Part shown: positions 11,601 to 23,442 of the stretch, one piece after another
How positions within the stretch are numbered: position 1 is the first letter of the stretch
Layout of the letters: each line of letters begins with the position of its first letter
Origin: Oikopleura dioica
Taxonomy: Eukaryota; Animalia; Chordata
NCBI GenBank assembly: GCA_907165135.1
Contig: OU015568.1
Location: forward strand, 4,092,001 to 4,156,000
Direction: 5' to 3'
Length of the DNA stretch: 64,000 nucleotides
Position numbers and translations under genes: made by a program
Notes under the pieces: generated by a model
What the model saw: the letters and a program-made list of their open reading frames with translations, nothing else
Database searches by the model: none
Told to the model about the DNA's origin: nothing

Positions 11601-14427
11601 GCAGAAAAATTTCCAGAGTTGTTTGAAATCCTCGAAAAGTCACGCGAAAGTCTTGGAGTCTCCAGTTTTGGCGTCTCTGTAACAACAATGAACGAAATTT
11701 TCCTGAAAATGACGAAGACCAAGGCAGATCTTGAAGCAAAGAGATCTGTTACATCTGCCATTGAAAACGACGAAATTCTTCAACAAATGACTGAAAAGAT
11801 TGAGCTTCTGACTGGTCCCGCTCTTCGTTTCCAACAATTCAGAGGTTCTTTCATCAAGTGCATGTATCATTCTCTTCGAAATATCAAGACTATGCTTACT
11901 TCTCTCTTCTTCCCTGCTTTGTTCGTTTCTTTGGCGGTCTTCACCATTGGCTTTATTCCTGTCATTGGCGAGCAGGACCCGATGGATCTTTCGCTGACTC
12001 CTTACGAGGGTTCCATCAAAACTGATAATGGCCTATCAAACATTCTGATTGACAATGCTGGCTTCCAAGATGGAATTGACCGTACTTTTGGCAACGTAGA
12101 CAAGATCGCCAATGTAATTGATATCAATCTTCATGATGAATACGGAAACTTCTCCGAATGGGATGACCACATTTTGCAACTTCAAGACGAAGAGAAATCT
12201 AAATTCAACAACGAGTACATAATGTCCTTCCAGCTCAACAGTACTGGCGAAAAACTCGCCCTCTTCAACAATGAAGCTTTCCACACTCCAGCTACGGCGA
12301 TGCATTACATGAGTCTCATTCTTCTCAAGCAGCAGGACGAGAACTTGAACATCAATGCTCAAAACCACCCGCTTCCGCCTGATTCTGGAACCTCTGTTTC
12401 CAGCAACGTCAGTACCGCTATTCAAGGAATCATTGTCACCTTCGATCTTATTATTGGAATGATGCTCATGTACGCGCAGTTCTCGCTGCTTCCTGTTAAA
12501 GAGCGAGAACAGGGTGTTAAAATAATGCAAAAATGCTCTGGTGCACCTCTTTGGATTACCTGGTTAGCAAATTATTGCTGGGATGTTCTGAATGCTCTTC
12601 TACCAAACATCTTAGGAATGGTTCAAAATAATATTTTTTCTTCTTGAACCTATATCGCTGAACCAAAAAAGTCATCGTCATTCTTCTCATTGGTGCCCAA
12701 AACTACGAAAGCCTCGAAATCTTTGGCGAAGAAGCTTTCGCAGTCTCCCTTGCCATGTTTGTCACGTCATTGGCCATCATCCCTTGCGTCTACTGCTTCA
12801 GCTTCTTATTCAAAAATCCCGCCAACGCGTCCAACTACATCGGATTCCTCAACTTCGCACTTGGTCTTATTTTATTCATTGTCAACATGATCATCTTTGC
12901 GTTGGACATTGAAGAGGATACAAAAGATTTGTATGACAAGATATTCTCTTTCGCTCCTCAATTTTGCTTCGCGCAAATGATCTTCATCACCTTCTACAAT
13001 GGTAACATCCGAAAGTCTTGCGAAAAGAACGAGATCACGAAAGCAACTTGCGAGCAAATGGAGTTTAACTATGTTGATAATATTCTAACGACAGAGGATG
13101 GCGGAATCGGAAAATATCTCTTGTTTTCAGTTTACATGATTTTCTTTTATTTCGCGATTCTTTCATTGATTGAATGGGAAAGCGGCACTGGAGTTATCAG
13201 AGCGTTCTTCGGCTGTAAAGGAGGAAGTAACAAACCTAAAGATCCAGAGGCAGAAATTGAATTCGAAGACGATAGTGACGTCATCGCGATGGCTAAAAAA
13301 GTCAATGCAGGTGCCAAAGACTTGACAAAGAACCACTCTCTCGTCGTCGACAATTTGGAGAAGAACTACGATGGTTTCCGCGCAGTAAAGGGTGTCAGTT
13401 TCACTGTCAAGCCAAACAGCTGCTTCGGTCTCCTTGGTCCAAATGGCGCCGGAAAAACTTCGACTTTTAAGATGCTCACTGGTGAAGAGTCTGTCTCAAG
13501 AGGATTCGCGTATATCAATGGCCTGGAAATACAGAAAGATCGATTCGGAAGTCTGAGAGAATTCGGCTACTGCCCGCAATTTGACGCTCTTCTTCAGCAA
13601 CTGACTGGTCGAGAGACTCTTTATTTGTATGCGAGATTACGAGGCGTTCCAGAGAAGATTCTTCCTAAGGTAAAAATTTTTCAAAAAACACCAAAAATCA
13701 AAATTTTCTACAGATGGTTCAAAATCTAATCGAACTCGTTGGAATCAAGCAATACGCCGAGCGTCCATCTTCAACGTACTCTGGTGGTAACAAGCGAAAA
13801 CTCTCCGTCGCCATCGCCCTCACTGGTTATCCCCGGGTAACAATCATGGACGAGCCTTCTTGCGGCTTAGATCCTGGCGCTAGACGACAGCTGTGGAGTG
13901 TCATTTTGAGCGTCATGAAAACAGGTGCTTCTGTTCTCCTTACTTCGCATTCTATGGAAGAAACCGCCGCTTTATGCGATGAACTGGCAATAATGGTCAA
14001 TGGGCGACTCAGGTAAGCTTGAATGAAACAGTATTATTCATCAAAAATGCCTTTTCGGGAGAATTAATTGATTTTCAGGTGCATCGGTGGGCAACAACAT
14101 CTCAAATCAAAGTTCGGAAAAGGCGTAGAAATCGAGGTTCAACTTCCAGAAGGCGGAAGATCCTCTGACGTAACCAGCGAAATCATCAGAAGAATGCCCT
14201 TCCTTCAAGTAAAGGAAGTCAATCAGGTAAGATTCGAAAATCTCGCCTTTTTATGAGGAACATTTTAGTCGTTTGTTTCCTTCCACGCTGAAACTGGAGC
14301 ACAGCTTTCAACTTTATTCAAAGAACTTCAAGCTACGAAGAATTCTGGTGTAATCGCTGGCTACACCGTCGATCAGCCGACATTGGAACAAATCTTCATC
14401 GATTTAACGGGAATCGAACAGAAGTAG
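8664..14427 (+). CDS. ABCA: Full-size ABC transporter, subfamily A (ABCA3-like)
   Basis: N-terminal [29 protein letters not shown] motif. Two TMD-NBD halves with Walker A ([18 protein letters not shown]), signature ([20 protein letters not shown]) and Walker B (LILDEPS, TIMDEPS). Introns at 8783-9165, 12616-12671 (GA-AG) and three near the 3' end. Stop at 14425-14427. The start needs a 1-nt correction or an upstream exon. Confidence 0.95.
8826..9160. mobile_element. TTAA-flanked MITE (GG...CC termini, Kolobok-like) in ABCA intron 1
   Basis: TTAA at 8822-8825 and 9161-9164. TIR GGACCCCC(CC)GTCAGCTTTTT / AAAAAGCTGACGGGGGTCC. Length 335 bp. Confidence 0.85.
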
Positions 14428-14547
14428 ATTTGCTGAATTCTCTCAAGTTCAAGATCTATTAATAAATAAACAATGCTTTATAAAAAATTTCAATCTTGTT
14501 GTCGATTCGTCTTCATCCCCTTTCCAACACCCAAAGGAAAAAAGGTG

Positions 14548-14571
14548 TGCCTTGACTGTGGATCGAACACA

Positions 14572-14615
<44 letters not shown>

Positions 14616-14620
14616 AAGGC
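14548..14620 (-). tRNA. tRNA-Phe: tRNA-Phe (GAA)
   Basis: GCCTTGATAGCTCAGTTGGGAGAGCGTCAGACTGAAGATCTGAAGGTCCTGTGTTCGATCCACAGTCAAGGCA: paired acceptor stem, CT-GAA-GA anticodon loop, TTCGATC T-loop and an oligo-T terminator just downstream. Confidence 0.97.
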
Positions 14621-15103
14621 AGCTGGAGGGTGTTCCATATTTGAGTGTGTGTACTTTGAGCTCCTCAAAACGTAAAATATTGCTGTCAGAAAATGTAAAT
14701 GACAGGAGCAATGCGAGATCAAATATTGTGACGGTGATTCTTCAAAGTTCTTTCTTCGGCATTTTTAGTTAGAATTTGTGTGTTTCTGAAATCAAGGAAG
14801 AGAATTTACAGATCCCAATTTGAAATAATACGACTATGGTTACATAAGATCCTCTATTCAGAATAGTGCCAGTCCCGTTCTTTGTACCTGATTGAAGAAA
14901 GAGAACGAATTTTAAAATGGCATAAAGCTTTGTGGCCAAATACGCACTGCTAACATCGAAACTTTGACTCGCTTTACTTGACAATACTTTCTCGATCTTT
15001 TTTTTTGAGATTTCGAAAGAAGCTCAAGAGATCGAAGTAATGGTAAGAGGATTTTAATGAATTGAATTTTTGATAGAAGATTAAGACAAAAGAAAATAAA
15101 ACG

Positions 15104-15921
15104 ATGGATAAGGGAGCAATTGGATTTGCTATTGCGGGACTTCTTTTAGTCATTGCGGGAATGGCATCACCAAATTGGCTGCGATACACCGGCCTTGTTG
15201 AGAATGGGTTTATCAAGGATCAAGCTTTTGTTGGCCTGTGGAAAGCAGAATTTATTCAGCCGGGCCCGCCTAATGAACTTTTTGATTACTTCACTGAACT
15301 TAAATTTTCCGATGGAAAGGCTGAGGACCCCAATTACGATTGGTATTTTGGTTCTTGGATGAACGCTTGCAGGTAAGAAAAGTAATAAAAGTCTGCTTGC
15401 TATACCGATTCGATAGAGCACTGGCGATTCTGACGATCTTATGGGGAGCTGGAACTATTGCCCTTCATTTTTGGAAAAGCTTCAAAACTCAGAATTACTT
15501 CTGGTCAAAAATTGTCTTTTTCAACTACATAATTACCTGTTAGTAAATCATTAGTATTCGGATGATACTTACCCGTATTTTTAAGCTCTTTTTGGAACAT
15601 GCGCTGCCGGAACATGGGTAGGATCAATCGCTGCGCAGGAGCTTGTTCAAAATGCTGATGGAGTCGAGGAATACATCTGGAGGTAAAGAATGAAATAAAA
15701 GAATCGTCGAGGACGTTTTTTCAGGGGCGATTACGGAGCAGGGCTTTGGATTTTTTGGATTGGAACTGGTTTTTTTCTTCCCGCAGCAGCTCTTGCTTTT
15801 GAAGGGGGCTTTGTTAATCACAAGGTAACGGTTTTAGAAAATGACACCCTTATTTAACCCTTTTCAGAGCGAACAATACAAAAAACTCGAAGAAGAATTC
15901 AACAAGAAGATTCAGCAATAA
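15104..15921 (+). CDS. Claudin/PMP22-family four-TM protein, 5 exons
   Basis: TM1 followed by W...GLW in the first loop; spliced TM4 GDYGAGLWIFWIGTG; GT-AG introns; stop at 15919-15921. Confidence 0.8.
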
Positions 15922-16203
15922 ACCATTTTTAATTATAAGCTCTCCGAATGAATAAAATTTTCTTTGAAAAAAAGCTACTGACTTTCGTGATCCAAAAGCA
16001 TGACCTTTTGAATACAATGAAAAGTCTACGCAGCGCAAATGGAGTAAAAAAAGGTCCATTTGTGAATCGATTCTTCCAGCCAATTTGTCAACCCGTCGAT
16101 AGAAATCGCGAAAAGTTCGATTTTCTGAAGCCCACGCGCCGCTCCTTCTTCTTTTTTTTTACTAAGATTTTCTTTGTACATTTTTCAATCGAGTCAGAAA
16201 AAT

Positions 16204-17750
16204 ATGAGAATTCAAGAGCTAAACAAGCGGTTAATGAACAGACCCCAAGAAGCGGATAATTTATGGTGGGAAAGTTTTGCCACGGAGTTTTTTGACGACG
16301 ACGCGAGATTGACCATCACGGCTTATTTTGACGAAGGCTTGAAGAGCTTCTCTATCGGGAGACGGCTCATCCCGAGATACTTCAGAACCTGGTTCGAAGA
16401 TGGAGTCACCGACTGTTACATGGTCCCGAGAATGGCGAAAGAGACGTTTATGGGAAATGTGATCATGATAGAATGCGATATGGCCAGCCAAATTGCGACG
16501 CATACGAAGGTTTTTAATCGAATATTGTATGTGGAAATATTGATATTGAAATTTATTAGCCGACATATTGTGTGATACAGTCAGATGGCAGATTGACGGT
16601 CGAGTTTAACTTGGAAGACAATATGAGGATCAAAAGCTGGAACTTTTACATTCGAGCGTAAGTGTCTTTCGAAAAAGAAATGAAAATAATAAACTTTCGG
16701 ATTTCATCATTTTATTACATAGGATATGCCTTTGACGAGAAATAAAAAAGATAATGATTCATTTAAATAGATATTTTTCATTACATTAACATTTGTCGCG
16801 CTATACTTATTTGGCTGTCTTAGTGCTTCATTTTCAAGTGATAATGTAAAAGCGCAAATCAGCTGATTAAATTCACGAGCTCTTCCGAAAGAGGGCGTCA
16901 AGGAGTCGTTTTTCTCAGCAGGATACCACTCCAGTAAGATCAGATTTCGAGGACGGCGTTAGTTAGATTTCTTGGATCGACCCAGTTTTGCCAGTTTTTC
17001 TCTCTTCATTCGTATTATGCAATGAAAACTTTCCTGTAGTGCTCACGAACTGGTTCCAAAAGGATACAACCCGATGGATGGTCAGCAGCAAATGCAAGAA
17101 TTTGGTCGACCCGTATCTCGTGGCGGAATTTCTTCGGCGACCTTAAATTTTCTCAAACTCTGTTCGATCATGGAGCCAATGCAGGAACTCTTCTCCTTCC
17201 ACAAGGTACCCAAGAAATAAGACCTTTGCTAAACCAGAATCAAGACATTTCGAATGGAGCCAAGAGAGTGTCTGAAAAACTGCCTCTTTCAAAAGTGGTC
17301 GCGGATCATGCAGCCGACAGATGGAGGACCTCGAGAAGGAGCAAGACCAAGGGGTAAAAAACGATCGAGAAAACCGGGTGCAAACAGTCGCAGCAAGCCA
17401 AGAACTCCAGCAAGGTTTTCTTTATCATCATAAGATCTTTTCAAGCGCTTTCTAGTGAGATTCTGGTGGCTGGGGAACCAACGATAATGGGCGGAGAAAC
17501 TCAGGAAGATGAAAGACCGATTACGAGGATAGAAAATGGAGAGTCTGACCAAATTGATTCAAAAGGAATGGCTCGAAAAATATCTACAGAGGGTACTCTA
17601 GATAACGAATCGGCTTGGCTCCACAACCTGTGCGAAAAACTCAGTAGAAAGTTTATTTTGAGCCAAAACTTAGTCGAAATACCGCCAGTTTCTGACGGAA
17701 TGGACCTCAATCTTCAAATTGGAACAATAAAATCCGAAATAGAAAACTGA
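16204..17750 (+). CDS. LDB1: LIM domain-binding protein (Ldb/Chip)
   Basis: RIQELNKRL...DNLWWESFATEFFDDDA...IGRRLIPRYFRT dimerisation domain; EPMQELFSFHK|TFRMEPRECLKNCLFQKW; LIM-interaction domain EILVAGEPTIMGGETQEDERPITRIEN. Confidence 0.93.
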
Positions 17751-18089
17751 AAATTTCAACTTTTTCTTTCTCAAAAATGCCCGAGACCTGTCTATAATAT
17801 CTGTTTTTTATTCTTTCTTCCAAAGAAGCTTGAGAACTTTTCTTTCAATAAACTTCAACTTCAAAAACCTTGATTTTGAATCATTCAAATTTCCGCCAAT
17901 TGGCGCCGCGAGCAACTTTTGAAGGGAGAAAAATAAGAATTCGGAAAATAAGAAAATTCAGAGAAAAATGGTTTCTATGGCGACTCAGTGTCGAATTCGC
18001 CATTTTCGGAAGGAGAGAAATTCTCTAGAATACGCAAAAGAGAAACTTGTTTTTCAGAAGAAAGAAAATGGAGGAATCAGTTTGATACT

Positions 18090-18664
18090 TGAAAATGACT
18101 TTTGCGGAGCAAAATTCTAGCCCCTATATTTCTTATGCTCATTCGAAAGAACAACACCTGAGGATTCGAATGGTATAGTTTTGAGGGTCTGAGTCATCAC
18201 ATATGACGTCATAAAGGCCTCCCTTTTATAAATGGTCATGAAGCCCTGTATCTCCGAAAATTTTCAGAATTATATGGAGATTTTGATATCGTTGAAAAGC
18301 TTAGCTCAAACTGGTTATGGGCACCCACTGCGCAAGAGAAAATTCCAAGTGAAAAAATATTTTTTGAGACAAATAATTTTCACTCAAAATTTTTTTTCAG
18401 AATTATTTCCTGCGCACCAGGTGCCCATACACAGTTTCAGCTGGGCTTTCGAATGATACCCATATATCCATACTTTTTTCGAAAATTTGTGGAGATACAG
18501 GGCTTCATGACCTGTCATTTTCAGGTACTTTAGGCGCTAGAATTTGACATTCTTCGTGGCTTGGACACATAAAAATTGTACCATTCGACTCCTTAGATTC
18601 TGCGCTACAAACTAAGCACTAAAAATATTGAGGTCAGGATTTTGCTCCGCAGAAGTCATTTTCA
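18090..18664. mobile_element. 575-bp palindromic MITE with nested inverted repeats
   Basis: Outer TGAAAATGACTTTTGCGGAGCAAAAT / ATTTTGCTCCGCAGAAGTCATTTTCA (1 mismatch). Perfect 22-bp inner pair at 18234-18255 and 18491-18512, plus further paired blocks. No TSD identified. Confidence 0.8.
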
Positions 18665-18839
18665 TCTATCGTTTTGAAGGAAAATTCGACGGTAAAAGAC
18701 CAAAAATCTTTATTTTCTACTAAAGTATTTGGTCGCTTTTACTGATAATAGACTCTGTTTTATCATGGAAATTAAATAGTTTCAAATATAACATTAAATT
18801 ACTTAAGATTGGGAAAGAAATTACTCAATTTTTCTTCCG

Positions 18840-18960
18840 TAGCGGCTTTTTTTCGCCGTAGCCGCAAAGCGGCTTTACAAAATACACATTCAAATCTATT
18901 TTTAAAGTTTGAAGAAGCCGCTCCGCGGCTTTGGTTTTCAAATAGCCGCTACGCGGCTTT
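18840..18960. repeat. Cluster of AGCCGC-N2/3-GCGGCT short palindromes (dispersed family)
   Basis: Modules at 18860-18874, 18915-18931 and 18944-18958. The same motif occurs at 24485, 28196, 39531 and 45022-45109. Confidence 0.75.
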
Positions 18961-19076
18961 TCATTTAATATTTTTGGACCCTAACTCAGGTCTTCTTCAC
19001 AGGTTGAGGAGCTAATCAATCATAGTCTATGATTCATAGAACACTCAAAATTTCAATCATTTTTGTATTTCAGGAA

Positions 19077-20742
19077 ATGGCAAAATTGCCGGAGAACTGG
19101 GCGGTTTGCGTCGGAACCGTCTTCGAAGACGCACTCAACCAGTTGCAGATTCTCGGCTGTATTCTTCCCGTGCAAAAGAACAAGACCTCTGTCGCCTACC
19201 AAAACATCGCCGATGAAATAATCGAGTCTCTTTCCGAAAAACGCGACCTAGAAGCAGAAATCGACGGCTTCGACGACACACAAAGAATGATCAAGCAGCT
19301 GACGCAAGAAATCGTCTCTCAGAAGTCGGGCGTTTCTGCGAGAGGCCTGGATGGACAAGACAACTTGATGAAAATTAACCGCGATCGGCAGTTTGCTTAC
19401 GAAGCGCTCAAGCCGTGTCTTGATGAAATTGTTGCCAGTGGCAGTTTTAACTCTCTCTCCAAATCGGTAGAAGAGGAGAGTGTTCGCAAATGCAGATTCA
19501 GAGGTAAGAGAAAACAAGGAAGCAGAATTTTGATTACTTTATTGCAGTAGTAAGAGTAGCGAACACTTGCTAATCATAATTTCCCCGGACCCCTCATCTT
19601 TTCTCTTTTTATTTTGTCTTCATTTTAGTCGCTCAGCTTTAAAATTGACAAGGTTGGGTTAGGCAAGAAATCTGTCCGTTTCATTTTTCGCCCTCAAGTT
19701 GAGGGAGATGATAAAGCAAGCGTTAAATGATAACGACGATGTCTGTTTTTTGCTCTTCCTACATCATCTACTCTAGCTACTGTAGCTATCGACTCTTCGC
19801 CATATTCAATTTCCACATCATTTAATCAAGCCTATTTCGGTAGGGAAAACTATTAACATTCGATTTTAGTTGCGCAGGAAAAAGAAACAAACGCAAAACG
19901 CGAGCTAAAAGATCGAAACCGGCGACTCGCTGCGACGAAAAAAGAAACGGAAACTGAAGTCCACGAGTTGACCGAAATGATCGCCCATATCAAGGTACTC
20001 TTTCTCCCTCTCTCTCATTCTCACTCCCTTTTTTCAGGATCAAATTCAAGAGCTCAAGTCACAAACCGCGATCGAAGGTCGTTACGTCAAAAAATCCGCC
20101 GAAACTGGCATCGAAATGAATCAATCTTTCCGGGCGCAGGAAGAAGGCGAATTACAGGAGGTCCTGGACACGCTAAAACGAGATATCGAAAGCGAAAATA
20201 GAGCGCATACTGATGTCAAGAATTTCCTGCTCAAGAAACGACGCCAGCTCGAAGATAAAGTAAGCTAAAGCCTCATGGAGGAATTTTCCATTATAACAAC
20301 TGATTATTAGATTGAATACTGGATGGAAAAGTACGAAAACGACACGGAATCACGCACAAACGAGCTTGCAAATCTCAAATCCGACAAAGACAAAGATCTT
20401 CGAACGCTCCAAGAGCTTGCTCGAACATACGACGATTATGAGGTACCCACCCTTAAGATTATCCCCCTTCTCTACTCTTTTTCTAGCGCGTTGTTACAGA
20501 AGACCGAGCAGAAAAGAAACGAATCAAGGAGAAAAAGGAGCGGGACGAGCTCGAACGCGTCACTTCCATCAAAATCCAGGTAAAAAACACAAAAAGAGAA
20601 CTAGAATAAATCGTGTATTCTTCAGGCTTGGTGGAGAGGTACTATGGTCCGAAAAGGCCTCGGCGAGTTCAAAAAAGACAAAGGCAAGAAAGGCAAAAAG
20701 GGCAAAAAAGGCGGCAAGAAGGGCAAGGGCAAGAAGAAGTAA
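19077..20742 (+). CDS. IQCG: IQ motif-containing G / dynein regulatory complex subunit 9
   Basis: Spliced product includes INRDRQF, EMIAHIKDQIQELKSQTAIEGRY, EYWMEKYENDTE, the IQ motif SIKIQ|AWWRGTMVR and a K/G-rich tail; matches recalled DRC9 architecture. Confidence 0.88.
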
Positions 20743-20923
20743 GCTTATTGAGCGCCAATTCTGTACATTTCCGATCTCGATTCTTCTATTATCTAATCTT
20801 GTTTTGTAAAAGAGAATAAATGCATCTATTTTTGTACACTTGTGTCCTTTCTCGCTAATTTTCTAGAGTTATTTTGCACAAAGAAAGCATGCAGCTTGCT
20901 CAAAAGCTCAATATTGCTTAAAA

Positions 20924-21888
20924 ATGTTCAAAAAAGATAGAAAAATAGATCTTGAAAAGCAGCAAAAATCGCTGCCGGTAGAGATCTCAAAGGAGGATTT
21001 GGTTCAGTGGGAGAAAGAAGACCGGCAATGCCGGATTATCTGGCTCTCTGTCGCGTTGATTTATACGATTTGGATGTGCTACAGTTTAGGACCTCAATCC
21101 GTCCCCGAGAAGTGCATTTCTATCAGTAAGTTCTATTCTTGTTTTTCCTTTCTTTCCTCTCAATGATCCTTCAGATGGACAACAAAGCATCGAAATCGAC
21201 TTCCCAAGAACCGATTATATCACTTCGAATATGTACTGCCGCCAGAGCTGCCGATACGACTGGAAAGCCAACTGTTTGAGCGGCAGGACCGTTACTGAAG
21301 ATCAATTTGAACAGTACAGAAATCAGGAAAGCTTTTAACCTTTAAAAAAGCGCTCAAGAATCTACGAATTCCGTGTTAAAAGCTTTGAAAGACCATCGAA
21401 ATCATGGTCAACTTCCCTAACTACCAAAACTATTGGCTCTTCGCGAACGGGACTCATATTCGCGTCCTTGAAGTGTAAGAAACCTTGCACATCGACACTA
21501 ATTTGGCTGGAAATTTTAAGGACCTGGCCGAAGACTGTCAATAATACTGTACAAACGAAGATCAGAAGTGGCGATCCAAACGAGGAACGGTTTCGTTTTT
21601 AAAGACCTTCTTAGAGAATACTCTCTCATCTTTCCTTTTTTTCTGAAACTAATGATAGTCGCACTCGACAATCTGCATTTACAACACGACCTGTGGCGCA
21701 GACTACTTTTGGCGTATTCCATCCCCTTTCAATTCCAACGCGTAATCATCCATGCCAAACTAAACAGCCAAAAACTACATCATTTATTTGTCAATCTCAC
21801 TCGTACACTTGCCAAATCCACACATGTATTTCCACACAATAAAAGAATAGGCTGGATAATTTCCAAGCAAACAAACTTCATCACATAA
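20924..21888 (+). CDS. Hypothetical multi-exon membrane-anchored protein
   Basis: First exon has a hydrophobic stretch IIWLSVALIYTIWMCYSL and a gtaag donor; later coding-like exons lie between short introns. Internal phases uncertain. Confidence 0.4.
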
Positions 21889-21967
21889 AAACTATTCAAG
21901 ATCTTTCATTTCAGAAATACAACTCTTCAACTATTGAAATCGGTCTTCGGAGAGAGAAGATTCCGTC

Positions 21968-22991
21968 ATGAGTGGACGAAGTCTCAAAGCCAAGAGGTAA
22001 GATTTTGACCCTTTGAATTGAATGATAATCATTCTTTTCAGGAGATCGTTGACGCAAGACCAAGATATTCAAGATCTCCAACGAGCAGTAGACGAGTATG
22101 TCGCGAAGAACCCAACGCATCGCTGCTCCGTTGAAATCAAGCTCGAAGGCCGCATCATAAAGCGAATAAATTCGGAAGGAAAGAGATTTAAGGGCACCCT
22201 GAAGGAACAGGCGGCGAAGAAAAATCAACCAGACATGCGGACAGTGCTCAAACAAGTGCAAGAAAATGGTCACATTGTGCGGCCAAAACCAAAGAAGAGA
22301 GCAAAACGAGAGTTTGTCGAGCCCATTGATTACATCACGATAAAGAGCTCGCAAAGCCCGTCTACTGATTCTATGGGAAGTCAATCGCCAGGTGATTAGC
22401 TAATACACAAGGCAAGACTTTATAAAGCGTTTTTTAGATATAAAACGAGAACGGGAACTCCGTGGACCGTCCCCAGGAATCATCGATCTTTCGAGCGACG
22501 AAGATCAACCGGGTTTCGATTTTTCAGAAGGTCTCACTCAGCCTGGCGATGATCTTCCTTTGACCACCATTATCTCCGGAAACTTACCAAAAAACTCTGA
22601 CAAAGATCTTTCGGACGAAAACTCGAGCTCACAAGACATGTTCGATCCTGACAAACCAAGTACCTCAACTCAGATCACCAAGAAATTGAATCGGTCGAAA
22701 TCGTCCAAGTCTCTTAGACGTCAAGAATCAGTGACACGGATCTTCGATTCTGATGATTCTTCTTCCGAAGATGAGGCGAATACAACGATCAAAAATGAGC
22801 CTGAAGAAGGATCGTATTCTCCCCTTTCTCAAGAACTCTGTAAAAACGAAAATGACTCATCGGAAGAACCAGACGAACCTGAAGAAGAAGACGATTTGGA
22901 TCGAACTCGGGCACACTCGCAGAATCTCTTCGAAACTTCAGATATTTGGTCTCATTTCAACGACGAGAATTACCCAACGAGATACCACTGA
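21968..22991 (+). CDS. Hypothetical protein with a basic N-half and an acidic, Ser-rich C-half; 3 exons
   Basis: MSGRSLKAKR| joined by GT-AG introns to ORFs 22022..22399 and 22560..22991. Family not recognised. Confidence 0.55.
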
Positions 22992-23442
22992 CGATGGTGC
23001 TGAAGCTTTTTTATTCAAAAAATTATAGAAACCATTCTCTATCTCCTTTTTATTCACTCATTTTCCTGTACATCTCTTTGTACTCAGTTAAACAGTTTCA
23101 AACTTAGAACGTTCCTGAAAATAAGGCTGAAGTCAGCTGATCACATTCTCTTTTTTTAACGGATAAAGCCAATAAACACACGAAAATCAACTTATGCTCT
23201 TTTTCTACTTGCTTGACGATCAGGGATGGTTTTAATAAAACTTAATTCAGAAAGAGAATGAATATTCGAGTCGGGCTCTTTATGATTTGAAAAATATTGT
23301 CGTAACCTTTGATTTACATGATAAAATGCCTGCATATGAATTATCTACATCGTAATAAGGAAAATGTGATAGTAAAATTTTGTAAATGACATTTTTCTTT
23401 ATTGCATAAATTCTCGATAAAATTAAATAAATATATGTATAA

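Noticed and set aside
14513-14984. ORFs 14513..14722 and 14769..14984 as a membrane-protein gene
   Set aside because: The first runs through the tRNA-Phe; the tested splice joins create stops.
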